Positions 8,973-18,949 are shown, counted from the stretch's first letter. The stretch: 23,245 bases of DNA from a virus (IMGVR_UViG_2718217709_000004); one strand, 5' to 3'. Translations and numbers: made by a program. The notes: generated from the letters alone by a model not told the origin.

Positions 8973-11629
8973 TATGCAAGCCTCACAATATAATTAAATG
9001 CGATGTTTTTAACGGTGTTTTCCGCGTTACCAGCAGCGTTAACGGTGATGGTATGTCCATGTGAACCAATCGCAACAGAGTGCGTATGAGCGCCAATACC
9101 AACAGTGTGTGCATGTGCCCCAGCACTTGTAGCGGTACCTGATACTGAGTGGGTATGTGCGCCAGAAGAAGGCACAGTTCCATTCCCCACCACCGTGCCA
9201 CTTGATGCACCATCCAGCCAGTCGAAATTCATACCGCCACTGTTTGGTCTCCTTAATGGAACGGTATGAGTATGTGCGCCAGCACTATTTGCAGTACCAG
9301 ATACATTGTGGGTATGTGCACCTGTGTTATTCGTTGATTTAGTACCGTAATCAAACGAAGATGTGGTTTTCGTACCCAAATCCGTATTGGATGCGCTGGC
9401 GCTGTGGGTGTGCGATTTAATGCCATCCTGTTCCAGAGACAATACGTCCCGACCACTGGCGGGTTTGCCCTTGATTGTCCAGCCACGCATATCCGGGATC
9501 ACGCCTGACGGATAAGCGGCTGCAAGTTTCGGGTATGCAGATTTGTCAAAAGTCTGTCCCTGCATCAGGGCGTAACCAGACGGCACAGTATCTGATGGCC
9601 ACGGCAGCGGAACACCTGGCGGAAACGCTTCAATATTTGCCGAGCCGTCAAATTTTACGCCGTTAATTGTCCTTGCCGTTTTCAGCTTTGTTGCTGTAGC
9701 AGCATTGCCGGATAGTTCGCCTGAAAGACCACCGCTGAATGTCTGTTTCGCCGCCCATGTCTGAGCTTCGTCGATAATTGGCACACGTCTTGTCGTAATC
9801 GTGCGGCTTCCCGGATTTCCTGAAATGCGAACCATAAAAAAGCGGTAATTCGCTTTACTTACAGTGCTGCGCCATACATGCATTGAGCGCCCCGTACCAG
9901 AATCATCACTCGGACCAACTGCGATGTTTATCAGGTTGCCATCAATGACGCCCCAGTCCATACCGTCGGGAATATTGGTCATGTTATCAAGCCGAACGGT
10001 TATCAGACTGCCCGGCACAAAATCGTAGGTCTGCCAGTCCAGGCTGGTGAGTTTTGCCACTGCGCCACCGATACCCAGATTCAGGGGAAGTGAATAAGAT
10101 GTGTAAACTTCCCGCCATTCGCTCCACGAGCTGCCGGTATAAACGCGCTCAAACGTGCGACCTTTAAGGGTTGCACCTGTTCCGGCGGTTGTATAACGTT
10201 GCCATACGTTAACGCCATCAAAGCGCCTCAGCACTTCCAGAATACCGAGTACAGTCACGCCGTTTCCGTCCAGTATTGGACCATTGGTCGCTTTACCTGT
10301 AACGCTGTAAATACCTGGTGAGGTTACATCATTCAAATCACCGTCGTAATAACGGCTTTCTGACTGGTAGCCCACTCTTGACCACGGCTCCCATTGTGGG
10401 TTCTCTGCATCCCACGAGGCCGAAAGACAGCGAACATAAACATTTCCACGGCGGGTCGTGTAACGCTGCGTTCGCGAGTAACCACCACCTTCAAGAACTT
10501 CAAGGAGTCCCTGACCATAACTTCCTTCTTCCGGATAGTTGCGGTCAAATGAAGCGATTGAGCCACTACTGTTTCGCCATAAACCAAGATGCTCTGCGCC
10601 TCCGAGCGTGTTCAGGTCAATGGTTGTGCTCAGGGGGCGTGTTGCAGACTGAACCTGACGCCAGTAACTCCACGGACCGTCTGAACCATTCCATGTGCCA
10701 GAAAGGTTGCGCATATAAACATTGCCTGTTCTGGTGGTGTAACGCTGCATTCCTGCAAAATTACCGCCATTGAATACCTCCAGTACACCGACTGCACCGT
10801 CTTCAGGGAAATTTTTAGCAGCCGTCGCGTTAGTGGATGTAGCTTTAGACCAGACGCCAAGATAAGCCTTAACGGGACCAAATGTATTCAAGTCAGCATC
10901 AAGCGGCATTTCGCCATTGTTTTTCATAAACGTCAGGCTGGTAACGCCAACATTGTCCAGAAAAGCGCCCTTATCTGGAATATCGTCACCGTTCTGGTCT
11001 TTCTGCATACGTTTTTCAGCATTGTCATAGGCTGCTTTTACTGCCTTTGGCGTTGCCGCCAGCTCTTCACTGGTGCTGTTTGTTGCGCTACTTAACTGAG
11101 TAAAACCTTTTTCTGTCAGCGTGGCGTCAGGATGGCGGCGGGATTGCTCATGCTCTGCGATTTTGTCATCGACGTAATCCTGCGTCGCCATCACTGTGCT
11201 GGCATCAATACTCAGCTCAACGGACGCTACGTTGCTGACAGTAATAACCATGCGGCAGGTCTGCGCGCGCCCGGAGCCTTCAGCGAGTTCAGGCTTATAG
11301 CTTTCCGCCATGTTAGCGACCGCAATCAGTGTTCCGGCATCGTCATACAGACCCAGCTCACGCATCCAGAAGCCGCCCACTTCTGGCGGTACAACCAGTT
11401 CAGCCACGATATAGTTTTTATTCTTGTTATCCACGCTGACTTTATTCAGAGCGTGACGCCAGACCTCATGCACCAGTTTCGTCTGACCGGCATCCGGCAC
11501 CGGCAATTTGCCATTACCGTCACCCACGGCCATTGCAGACAGAGTTACTTTTTTCCCGCCGGGGACAGTGGCGGCTGCCAGCTTCGCGGCTCCGGCAGTA
11601 GTGATAGCGGTTTTAAATTTCGTGCTCAT
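8972..11629 (-). CDS. H: tail fibre protein (P2 gpH-like)
   Basis: 885-aa ORF with a conserved P2-type N-terminal region, three internal repeat units (QRYTTRxGNVY...W..W) and a C-terminal region with iterated GAHTHxV HxH motifs, followed by a Tfa gene. Confidence 0.85.
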   Translation of the reverse strand: MSTKFKTAITTAGAAKLAAATVPGGKKVTLSAMAVGDGNGKLPVPDAGQTKLVHEVWRHALNKVSVDNKNKNYIVAELVVPPEVGGFWMRELGLYDDAGTLIAVANMAESYKPELAEGSGRAQTCRMVITVSNVASVELSIDASTVMATQDYVDDKIAEHEQSRRHPDATLTEKGFTQLSSATNSTSEELAATPKAVKAAYDNAEKRMQKDQNGDDIPDKGAFLDNVGVTSLTFMKNNGEMPLDADLNTFGPVKAYLGVWSKATSTNATAAKNFPEDGAVGVLEVFNGGNFAGMQRYTTRTGNVYMRNLSGTWNGSDGPWSYWRQVQSATRPLSTTIDLNTLGGAEHLGLWRNSSGSIASFDRNYPEEGSYGQGLLEVLEGGGYSRTQRYTTRRGNVYVRCLSASWDAENPQWEPWSRVGYQSESRYYDGDLNDVTSPGIYSVTGKATNGPILDGNGVTVLGILEVLRRFDGVNVWQRYTTAGTGATLKGRTFERVYTGSSWSEWREVYTSYSLPLNLGIGGAVAKLTSLDWQTYDFVPGSLITVRLDNMTNIPDGMDWGVIDGNLINIAVGPSDDSGTGRSMHVWRSTVSKANYRFFMVRISGNPGSRTITTRRVPIIDEAQTWAAKQTFSGGLSGELSGNAATATKLKTARTINGVKFDGSANIEAFPPGVPLPWPSDTVPSGYALMQGQTFDKSAYPKLAAAYPSGVIPDMRGWTIKGKPASGRDVLSLEQDGIKSHTHSASASNTDLGTKTTSSFDYGTKSTNNTGAHTHNVSGTANSAGAHTHTVPLRRPNSGGMNFDWLDGASSGTVVGNGTVPSSGAHTHSVSGTATSAGAHAHTVGIGAHTHSVAIGSHGHTITVNAAGNAENTVKNIAFNYIVRLA

Positions 11630-11639
11630 TGTTTCTCAC

Positions 11640-12167
11640 TTATCCGGGATAAACAGTAATAACATCACCATCACAGACCACACCGCCTGTATACAGATAG
11701 CCGGGAATGTCCTGGATAATGTTCAGGCCGATAAGGTGGCGACTTGCGGGTTTGGCATCGGCAATCAGCCGTTCCATTTCCAGATACATTTCCTCGGTCA
11801 CACCACTGTCCAGCGTGCCAACATCAACCTTGAATGTTCCGGGTTCGCCGTCGAACTCCCACCACTCAGACACGCGAATGAGGTATCCCAGCGGCTCAAT
11901 GGCCCGGCGCAGTGCGCTGATGGTCCCTTTGTGTCGGTGTATCAGCCATGCATCACGAATAACCTGTCGCTTTGTCTCTTCCGGCCAGTTGCGATCCCAG
12001 CGGTCAACGGAAAATGCCCAGGCGAGATAAGGCAGCAGATGCACCGGGCAGGTGTCCGGTGACCACAGCGTGTTGAGGTCTACCGGGATGTTTGTAATGC
12101 GCGCTCCGACAGCTTCGGCGCAACGCATGAAATTGCTGGCTGATGGTGGTAACAGTGAATTACTCAT
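11640..12167 (-). CDS. I: baseplate assembly protein gpI-like
   Basis: 175 aa from MSNSLLPP; the ATG overlaps the stop of the upstream J fragment. Size and position match gpI. Confidence 0.8.
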   Translation of the reverse strand: MSNSLLPPSASNFMRCAEAVGARITNIPVDLNTLWSPDTCPVHLLPYLAWAFSVDRWDRNWPEETKRQVIRDAWLIHRHKGTISALRRAIEPLGYLIRVSEWWEFDGEPGTFKVDVGTLDSGVTEEMYLEMERLIADAKPASRHLIGLNIIQDIPGYLYTGGVVCDGDVITVYPG

Positions 12168-12474
12168 TACGCCCACCTTCGCTGATGGTGAATGACTCAC
12201 AGCGCGCCGCCTGTATGTCGCTGATGGCCATATTCTGTGTGGGTTCGATTATCTCCACGCGTTGCACACCGTGCACATGCAGTGCGGCAGCAATGGCGGA
12301 CAACGCCACGTCCTGACCGATAAGCCCCTGCTCAGCCAGCCACTTCCTGAACGACGATTCAGCCGCAGCCAGAATAGGTTCGGATTCCGGGCCGGGATAA
12401 AAGTACAGTTTTGCATTCAGCCGCCATGTCACGATTCTGGCGCTCTGACGGGCATGGCGAGAGATAGTGCTCAA
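12160..12474 (-). pseudogene. J: baseplate gpJ C-terminal fragment (5'-truncated)
   Basis: Only about 100 codons remain of a ~300-aa protein (...ILAAAESSFRKWLAEQGLIGQDVALSAIAAALHVHGVQRVEIIEP...). No J N-terminus, W, V, S or R genes lie upstream. Confidence 0.7.
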
Positions 12475-12619
12475 CGTTCACGCGGGCAGCGTAAACATCC
12501 GGGTTGAAGTTCTCGGCGGCTTCACGCAGATGTACCGGGCTGATTTCGCGGCCATCAACAGTTGATCCGGAGACAGCCACGCGAAACTTTTTGCGGGATG
12601 TCTTTTTTTCATTAGCCAT
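12359..12619 (-). pseudogene. O: capsid scaffold gpO N-terminal fragment fused out of frame to the J remnant
   Basis: MANEKKTSRKKFRVAVSGSTVDGREISPVHLREAAENFNPDVYAARVNVEHY parallels the P2 gpO N-terminus; GAGGGG RBS upstream. After about 50 codons the frame runs through J-derived sequence and stops at 12359. Confidence 0.7.
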
Positions 12620-12773
12620 AGTTTTTGCCCCTCTGACTGGTTCTTCAGTCATGATGGCAAAGCGTAACAGGCTGATACAAAGGGCTTTTGTTGTAAGAAA
12701 ACGGCCAGAACAGGGGGTTAAGGAGAACGGTTTCGCGCGCGGGTAATCTTCCTGTAATTACTCAGGGGGAGCA

Positions 12774-14036
12774 ATGATTCAGGACGCTTTTGTGCGCCAG
12801 CGTGCGCGGCAACTTTACTGGCAGGGTTATCCGCCCGCAGAAATATCACGTCTGATGGGAATAAACCCGAACACGATTTATGCGTGGAAAAAACGCGACC
12901 AGTGGGATGAAACGCCCCCCGTGCAGCGTGTCACGCAGTCCATCGATGCGCGCCTCATCCAGCTTACTGAAAAACAGAATAAAACAGGCGGTGACTTTAA
13001 GGAAATAGACCTGCTGACCCGGCAGCTTAAAAAGCTGCATGATGGCCAGCCGGATGTGATGGCCGCAGGAAAGAAAGGCCGGGCGAAAAAACTTAAAAAT
13101 CATTTCACGCCGGAACAGATTGCCGCACTGCGGGAAAAAATCATCAGCAGGCTGGAGTGGCATCAGCGGGGCTGGTTTGACTCCCTGACACTTTGCAGGG
13201 AAGCCGGGATACGTAACAGGATGATCCTGAAATCCCGACAGATTGGGGCGACCTGGTATTTTGCACAGGAAGCTCTGCTGATGGCGCTGCGTGACGATGT
13301 GGCGCAACCTTACCAGCGTAACCAGATTTTTTTGTCTGCGTCGCGTCGTCAGGCGTTCCAGTTTAAAAGCATTATTCAGAAGGTCGCGGCTGAAGTTGAT
13401 GTGGAGCTGAAAGGGGGCGATAAAATCATCCTCTCCAACGGCGCAGAGCTGCATTTTCTCGGCACTTCTGCTGCGTCGGCACAGTCCTATACGGGCAATT
13501 TTTATTTTGATGAATTTTTCTGGGTCAGTCGCTTTGCTGAACTGCGCAAGGTGGCTGGCGCTATGGCAACCCTCAGCGGACTGCGGCGCACCTACTTCTC
13601 CACGCCATCCACCGAAACGCACGAGGCGTACGCCTACTGGAACGGCGACCGCTGGAACGAGAAAAAGGCCTCGCATAAACGCCAGCGTTTTTCTGTGGAC
13701 TGGAAAACGCTGCATAACGGGCTTATCTGCCCTGACCGGACTTGGCGGCAAATTGTCACGCTGGAAGATGTGGTTAATCACGGCTGGAAACACACCGATA
13801 TCGACGAAATTCGTGATGAAAACACCGAAGACGAGTTCCTCAATCTCTATATGTGTGAGTTTGTCCGCGAAGGGGAATCGGCATTTAACCTGAATATCCT
13901 GATTGGCTGCGGTGTTGACGGATACGACGACTGGAAAGACTGGAAACCTTTTGCTCCCCGCCCGATGGGGAATCGTCCGGTATGGATTGGGTATGACGCA
14001 AACGGCAGCAGTGGCAACGGCGACATGCCAGCTTGA
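12774..14036 (+). pseudogene. P: terminase large (ATPase) subunit gpP, 3'-truncated
   Basis: N-terminal two-thirds of a P2-type large terminase (MIQDAFVRQRARQLYWQGYPPAEISRLMGINPNTIYAWKKRDQWDE...). The ORF ends at 420 aa and the A gene stop is only about 110 bp away, so no portal Q or cos can follow. Confidence 0.8.
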
Positions 14037-14101
14037 TGTTGGTGGAGCCGTCGTCGATACAAATTTTCATGTCGCTTTTCCTTATGTTGATTAATTAATC
14101 G

Positions 14102-14137
14102 TTTACGGGATTCTGAAATCCCGTTTTTGCCTGTTTT
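14102..14137. repeat. hairpin-containing direct repeat, copy 1 (intergenic, P remnant / A junction)
   Basis: tttacgggattctgaaatcccgtttttgcctgtttt: 7-bp stem acgggat / atcccgt followed by a T-run, acting as a plus-strand terminator-like element. Confidence 0.6.
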
Positions 14138-14146
14138 ATGCGCGCT

Positions 14147-16969
14147 TCATATATCGCGGCGCGTTTTTTGCTCATTTACGGGATTTGTGAATCCCGTTTC
14201 TGTCTGTTTTTTGTTTCCACTGGTCAGGCCACCCCGCAGCAGGTCTGCTTTGCGGTGGGCGCGTTCAGTTGTTTCACTGATTCTCTGTGCGTGCTCTGCG
14301 TCGCGGATGGCGCGCAGCATGTCAGAAAGTACGGTAACGGGTGTTTTCATGGTGTTCTGGTCTTGCTGAAGTGTGGATGCCAGGCGTGCGGCGGCTTCAT
14401 GGTCTGATGCCCTTAGTTGTTCCAGATAGCCGGCGACCGGGTTATGGCGGATCTCCGTGCTGCTTACGCCGTGATTACGGCTCAGGCGCTGCCAGAGCTG
14501 CGTGATTCGGCTGTCCGGGCGGGTATCCGGTTTGCGTACAATTTCAAATCCCTGCGGTGCAATGATGCTGCCGTCAACGTACAGGCTGCCGCCCCGTAAC
14601 AGGTGCTGCATCTGCTGTTCACCGATATGCAGGCCGAGAGATTCGGCAGATTCCCGCCATTCTTTAGCGAGTAATTCGTGGTTATCAGGCAAAGGCCGCT
14701 GCTGTTTGCGGCTCTGTGTCCAGCTCTGCATTTCATCACTGCTGTTTTTTGCCTGTTTGTCACGCAGCGAACGCATCAGCGCCCGGCGTTCGTGCCGTTT
14801 CAGTGAGCGCATCCAGTCATCCACATCAACGCCGTCAGGAAGCTGCGGCCACAGTGCTGGCCGTTCTTCCGGCTGTTCTGTCCCGTTGTTGTCCGTTTCC
14901 TGTACACGGGGACAGTTATTGCCACGAGTCCAAGGGGCGGCAGGGCCGCCCTGAAGGTCAAAACCATTTTCGTGGGCGTTGTCTTCCGGTTCTGGTTTAC
15001 GTCTTACCAGCTTCCAGTTATCCGGATGCGTGCACACACGGGAGGATTCCCCGATGAGTGGTGACCAGATCCCGTAAATCTGTACGCTCTGTTCGCCGTA
15101 ATCGTTCAGCTCATCTGCGAGGTCGTAGGCGGTGCGAATCAGGTAGTCCTTGCGTGGAACAAGCACGCCACCCTGTTTTTCAATGTAGGTGGCAAAACAC
15201 CCGGCATCGGCGGCAGCGAGTACCGCATCCATTGCATCATCTTTCAGCCGTTGCGGGCCTTCCGGATTGCGTGCCATCTGGCTGGCAAGGCGGCGCAGTT
15301 CACGCCACACCTGACGGGAGGGGATGCCAAAGAACTGGAACTGACGGACCCGGTGAAGGCGCGCCCAGCCGATGGCGCGCTCCACGCTCTCGGCCATTGA
15401 TTTTCCGGTTTCGTGGTCAACGCGTGGCTTGCCCGTTTTCGGGTCGATGCCATCCACGGCGCGGCTGTCCAGGTTCTTTCCGATGTAGGTGGCGATGTAG
15501 CTGGTTGGTGTGCCTTTTGAGCCGTCGACATACTCCGCCTTAAAACGCGGAGTTATGTCATCGCCCAGCTCGTGGCGGTCCTCCTGAATGGCAATATCGC
15601 AGACGTGGGACACGATGGTTTCAATCTCGTCCGGATGTGCAAAGACCATCATATGCCAGTGCACAGTGCCGTCATGGTGAGGCTCCACCGTGCGGATGCC
15701 ATACCAGCGCAGGCCGTCGCGGTTCAGTTTTTTGCGGACCGCCGCAAAAAACGTGTTAACCAGGTAATCGCTGGAGTCGCGCATGGTGGCCCCGTTCCAT
15801 TTGGGGTTCGGATGACCGTTCTCCGTTGTTGCGTGGTATTTTGACGGGCAGGTGACGGTCAGAAACACCGCTCTGTCGCCACGGGCTTCGGCCAGAAGTT
15901 CCAGTCCCTTCATGGTGGCCATCATTTCTGCCTTACGGTGAACCGGGTTACTTACTCCCGCGTAATACACCGTCTCGAGATCAATCGTGAACCCGTCTTC
16001 ATTTTCCAGCATGAAACTTTTCAGGAAATCGCGTGTTTTCTCGCGCTGTGCGCGAAACTCGCTTAACGCGTCCTGGCTCAGATAGGGGGATGTTTTTCTG
16101 GAAACCAGACAGGCGGCGCGGAGTTGTTCTTCCCGCCACTCACAACGTAACAGCCACAGTTTGCGTTTCCACCATTCCGCACAGGTCAGGCGAAGGATTG
16201 CGCCCGGCAGCAGCTCCGTGTCCGGTTCGTTCCTCCGGTCTTTGTCTGTTGTCAGTGCGTCATAATGTGGAGGCATGGCGTGCAGGTGTAACGCCATGCG
16301 GGCCAGCATCTGATAAGCCTTCAGCGTTACATCCATGGTCAGCTCGCCATCAGTCGCGCCAAAGCCATCGCAGAGTTTTTCGAAGGTGCTGCTGAACATC
16401 GCCGCCGTCATGGTGGCCAGCGTCTGTATCTGGTGTTTGTTGAGCTGCGGCAGGTAAAGCAAATCATCCAGGCGTTCGCGTCCGGCAAGGGAGCGATAAC
16501 CCGGTGTCAGCCAGCGGTGGTCGGTGCGGTCCAGACGTTCGAATATTTTGCGCAGGGTTCCGCACGCGTAGCGTTCAGCCTGCCAGCTCTTGTTGCCTTT
16601 CCGGCGATCGGCTTCCTGTTTTTTGCGCAGGAAGGAGAGGTGGCGAATAAGCGGATCGCGCAGATAGGACGGCAGCAGGCGCAGCGAGGCCATGGCTTCA
16701 TCCACCGCGCCACGTGCCTGTTTTCTGGCGTCTCCTGCCAGTGTGATGGTTTTGTCCTGTTTTTCCTGTGCGTCCAGGCTTTTATTAATCAGGTTGCCCA
16801 GCGGCGTGGCGGAGAACGCCGCATCAGCCATTTCCTGGCGGCGCTCGTTCTCTGCCCGGTAGGCATCCAGCCAGGAGGAAAGCGCGGATTCAGGAGCGGG
16901 GATCCCCGTTCCTTCACGCCCCACTGCGTGGCGCGGTTGTTGCCAGTCCCTGATGTACTCTGCCGTCAT
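14147..16969 (-). CDS. A: replication initiation endonuclease gpA (rolling-circle initiator)
   Basis: 940-aa ORF with the conserved YGIRTVEPHHDGTVHWHMMVF and YIATYIGKN catalytic-region motifs of P2/186 A proteins. It is longer than P2 A, so the C-terminal extension may be junction-derived. Confidence 0.85.
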   Translation of the reverse strand: MTAEYIRDWQQPRHAVGREGTGIPAPESALSSWLDAYRAENERRQEMADAAFSATPLGNLINKSLDAQEKQDKTITLAGDARKQARGAVDEAMASLRLLPSYLRDPLIRHLSFLRKKQEADRRKGNKSWQAERYACGTLRKIFERLDRTDHRWLTPGYRSLAGRERLDDLLYLPQLNKHQIQTLATMTAAMFSSTFEKLCDGFGATDGELTMDVTLKAYQMLARMALHLHAMPPHYDALTTDKDRRNEPDTELLPGAILRLTCAEWWKRKLWLLRCEWREEQLRAACLVSRKTSPYLSQDALSEFRAQREKTRDFLKSFMLENEDGFTIDLETVYYAGVSNPVHRKAEMMATMKGLELLAEARGDRAVFLTVTCPSKYHATTENGHPNPKWNGATMRDSSDYLVNTFFAAVRKKLNRDGLRWYGIRTVEPHHDGTVHWHMMVFAHPDEIETIVSHVCDIAIQEDRHELGDDITPRFKAEYVDGSKGTPTSYIATYIGKNLDSRAVDGIDPKTGKPRVDHETGKSMAESVERAIGWARLHRVRQFQFFGIPSRQVWRELRRLASQMARNPEGPQRLKDDAMDAVLAAADAGCFATYIEKQGGVLVPRKDYLIRTAYDLADELNDYGEQSVQIYGIWSPLIGESSRVCTHPDNWKLVRRKPEPEDNAHENGFDLQGGPAAPWTRGNNCPRVQETDNNGTEQPEERPALWPQLPDGVDVDDWMRSLKRHERRALMRSLRDKQAKNSSDEMQSWTQSRKQQRPLPDNHELLAKEWRESAESLGLHIGEQQMQHLLRGGSLYVDGSIIAPQGFEIVRKPDTRPDSRITQLWQRLSRNHGVSSTEIRHNPVAGYLEQLRASDHEAAARLASTLQQDQNTMKTPVTVLSDMLRAIRDAEHAQRISETTERAHRKADLLRGGLTSGNKKQTETGFTNPVNEQKTRRDI
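14175..14210. repeat. hairpin-containing direct repeat, copy 2 (inside the 3' end of A)
   Basis: tttacgggatttgtgaatcccgtttctgtctgtttt: same stem as copy 1 with a different loop, about 29/36 nt identical. It encodes the last residues of the A ORF (TETGFTNPVNEQK). Confidence 0.6.
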
Positions 16970-16975
16970 AGTGAT

Positions 16976-17341
16976 TTACTTCGTCATGCCATTCAGGGTG
17001 TCGCGGCAGACTGTAGCCAGCCGCTGAATTTCCAGCACGGTGTCTTCTGTGTCGGCATGGCGATGTGTGATGCGGATGCTGTCGGCAATCACATCGACGA
17101 TTGCAGAGGATGGGCGCTGGTAAATGCCAATAACGGACGGGGTGCCACCTTCAATGCGGTAAAGCCTGTAATTTCCCTCGTGGCTGTCAATCATGTAGCG
17201 ACCATCAATAACAATCTTTCCGTCAGCGAGCTGCGGTACAGGCAGGGATTTCAGGTACATGTCATAACGATCACGCACGCGAGCGGCAAGATCTCGTTCT
17301 GTGTTGAGCAGGTATTCAAGAAAGTCGTTGGCGAGAATCAT
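16976..17341 (-). CDS. hypothetical early protein (121 aa) immediately upstream of A
   Basis: Intact ORF whose stop lies 6 nt before the A start; family not recognised. Confidence 0.5.
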   Translation of the reverse strand: MILANDFLEYLLNTERDLAARVRDRYDMYLKSLPVPQLADGKIVIDGRYMIDSHEGNYRLYRIEGGTPSVIGIYQRPSSAIVDVIADSIRITHRHADTEDTVLEIQRLATVCRDTLNGMTK

Positions 17342-17413
17342 TGCGGCAATCCTCTTGTTACAGATGTGCGAAGGCCTCCCGCCGCAAGGTGCAGGAAAGG
17401 CCCGGAACAGGAA

Positions 17414-17644
17414 TTAATGGAGTTTGTTTTGCTGCTGGATGAGCTGTTGAAGCTCGTGCAGATCATCCGCCAGATAGCTGAAAACAGAGGCGGAATAAAT
17501 GTTTGATAGTGCGTGGCTGCGCTCATGCAGCATATTGATGTGCATGATTTGCGCGACGCGTGATGCGCGGGAAAGTCTGTGGTTGATTTCAGTCTGGATG
17601 TGACGACGCTCCGCGATAGTGCGGTGCTGTTTGCGGTCTGCCAT
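17414..17644 (-). CDS. hypothetical small early protein (76 aa)
   Basis: AAGAGG RBS about 7 nt upstream of the ATG; charged, helix-rich sequence; preceded by a structured leader. Confidence 0.5.
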   Translation of the reverse strand: MADRKQHRTIAERRHIQTEINHRLSRASRVAQIMHINMLHERSHALSNIYSASVFSYLADDLHELQQLIQQQNKLH

Positions 17645-17819
17645 GGTGTGGCCTCTTTGCTCGGTGATAGAAATAACTCACCATCCAGAGTTGAGAATCT
17701 CGGGGTGGCGAGACGTACAGGGTTCTCAACACCGGAGAGCAAAGAATCCGGCCCGACCGAAGTCGGCCCCGTACGCCCCGCCATAATTCTGACGCGAAAA
17801 AGACGTGGCAATACAGTGC

Positions 17820-17842
17820 GCACAAAAAAACCGCTTGCGCGG
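17820..17842 (-). terminator. rho-independent terminator within the early region (minus strand)
   Basis: On the minus strand: aaccgc-gcaa-gcggtt stem-loop (GNRA-type loop) followed by a run of seven T. Confidence 0.5.
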
Positions 17843-17966
17843 TTATGCGCTTTGCTCTGTATCGGGTTGAGAATCCCGGCACCCGTTTTATGAGCTGCAG
17901 CGGAAATGTAACCTGACCGATTGAGGCATGGCAAGCGGTTTTTTTGTGTGTGCATGTTCTGGTTTC

Positions 17967-18266
17967 TTACTGGTTCAGAAAAAAATCAAAAACGTTATCG
18001 ATGCGTTGCAGCAGCTCTTGCTGCATTGCTTCCGGCGTTTCCGGTTCGCCAGGTGCCCCCAGCGTTGCGCAGAAATCAGCGATTTCATGATGGAGCGTGA
18101 GGCGAATGGCAGGAGCCGTGGTTCTGGCGTGCTCCAGCTGATCCAGCAGTGCCAGCACAGCAGACGGCGAGAGCATTGCGCGAAATGCCAGTAATTTTTG
18201 AGGCGTTGCCATTCGTTGCAGGGCAAATGCCAGTTCGCGTAGCTTCTGGTGGTTGATGGTGCTCAT
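17967..18266 (-). CDS. hypothetical early protein (99 aa)
   Basis: ORF translationally coupled to the upstream gene; family not recognised. Confidence 0.5.
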   Translation of the reverse strand: MSTINHQKLRELAFALQRMATPQKLLAFRAMLSPSAVLALLDQLEHARTTAPAIRLTLHHEIADFCATLGAPGEPETPEAMQQELLQRIDNVFDFFLNQ

Positions 18267-18529
18267 GCTCTGGCTTCCTTCAGTAGCTGGTTAAACATGT
18301 GAGTAAGTGGATTGCTACACCCGAACAGCATCGGGTTTACGTGGTAAGAAGCCTGGCCTCCTGTTTTGCGAGCGCGACCACCTGTGCTGCGGTTTGTTCT
18401 GATGACTAAGCCGCCGCGCCAAAGTCGGCGTAACTCAGCATTAATGGCTGTGGTTGGGGTATTCAGTGCTGCGGCGATCTCTCCGCCGCTACACCCCGGA
18501 TGAGTAGCGATGTAGTCCAGAATGGTCAT
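18263..18529 (-). CDS. small winged-helix-like DNA-binding protein (88 aa)
   Basis: GGEIAAALNTPTTAINAELRRLWRGGLV resembles a winged-helix recognition helix plus wing; start and stop overlap the neighbouring genes. Confidence 0.5.
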   Translation of the reverse strand: MTILDYIATHPGCSGGEIAAALNTPTTAINAELRRLWRGGLVIRTNRSTGGRARKTGGQASYHVNPMLFGCSNPLTHMFNQLLKEARA

Positions 18530-18729
18530 CTGCGTGGCTCCTGTACCTGTCGGATAAGATTCACCCGCGCCACGTTGGTGGCGCAGAAGTAAGTGCCGTC
18601 AGTGAGGTAGATGTGGTGTGCATCCTTTTCCGAACGATGTTTGTCGATAGTGGTAATCAGGCGTTCGTCGACCTCGTATTCGCGCCCTCTGGAGGTAAAG
18701 CGAACGACGGGAAAATGCTTAATTGCCAT
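18526..18729 (-). CDS. hypothetical early protein (67 aa)
   Basis: AAAGGGGG RBS upstream of MAIKHF; stop overlaps the next start. Confidence 0.5.
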   Translation of the reverse strand: MAIKHFPVVRFTSRGREYEVDERLITTIDKHRSEKDAHHIYLTDGTYFCATNVARVNLIRQVQEPRR

Positions 18730-18752
18730 TGCGCCCCCTTTGTCCAGTAACC

Positions 18753-18944
18753 CTATGCGTTAAATACGGCACATTGCGCGTCATCAATGAATACAGCTTG
18801 AGAGCGTTCTATCAGGCGGAGATTTGTCAGAAGCTCTGACTCTTTTGTGTGGTAAGGCGTTATCAGGTATTTGCCGTGCAGTTCGGCAATAATGGTGTAT
18901 TGCAGCATCATTGCTGAACCAAGAATATAAAATGCAGCGTCCAA
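18753..18944 (-). CDS. hypothetical small protein (63 aa), possibly the 3' part of a frameshifted gene
   Basis: ORF overlaps the distal part of the 19170 ORF in another frame; no clear RBS. Confidence 0.3.
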   Translation of the reverse strand: MDAAFYILGSAMMLQYTIIAELHGKYLITPYHTKESELLTNLRLIERSQAVFIDDAQCAVFNA

Positions 18945-18949
18945 TGCTG

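Noticed and set aside
8355-11629. Invertase-switched tail fibre segment (Mu G-segment / P1 C-segment style)
   Set aside because: No invertase gene, no alternative inverted tfa or fibre C-terminus, and no crossover-site repeats were seen. The inverted block is the sheath-to-U module, not the fibre tip.
520-12200. Domesticated tailocin (R-type pyocin-like) interpretation
   Set aside because: Baseplate hub and wedge genes (V, W, most of J) and tail completion genes (R, S) are missing, and no lysis cassette is present, while int and replication genes are retained. A decaying prophage fits better.
12846-13793. Minus-strand 315-aa ORF
   Set aside because: Entirely antisense to the terminase fragment, which has clear conserved sequence; typical shadow ORF in GC-rich DNA.
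14102-14210. CRISPR array
   Set aside because: Only two repeat copies with a 37-nt gap, each resembling a terminator hairpin; no further copies and no cas genes.
16433-17506. Plus-strand 357-aa ORF
   Set aside because: Antisense to gene A and the upstream early genes; no RBS and no recognisable domains.
17338-17955. Minus-strand 205-aa ORF (and 17589..17882)
   Set aside because: Spans the structured intergenic region and overlaps the RBS-supported 76-aa gene in another frame; Arg/Ser/Thr-rich low-complexity translation.
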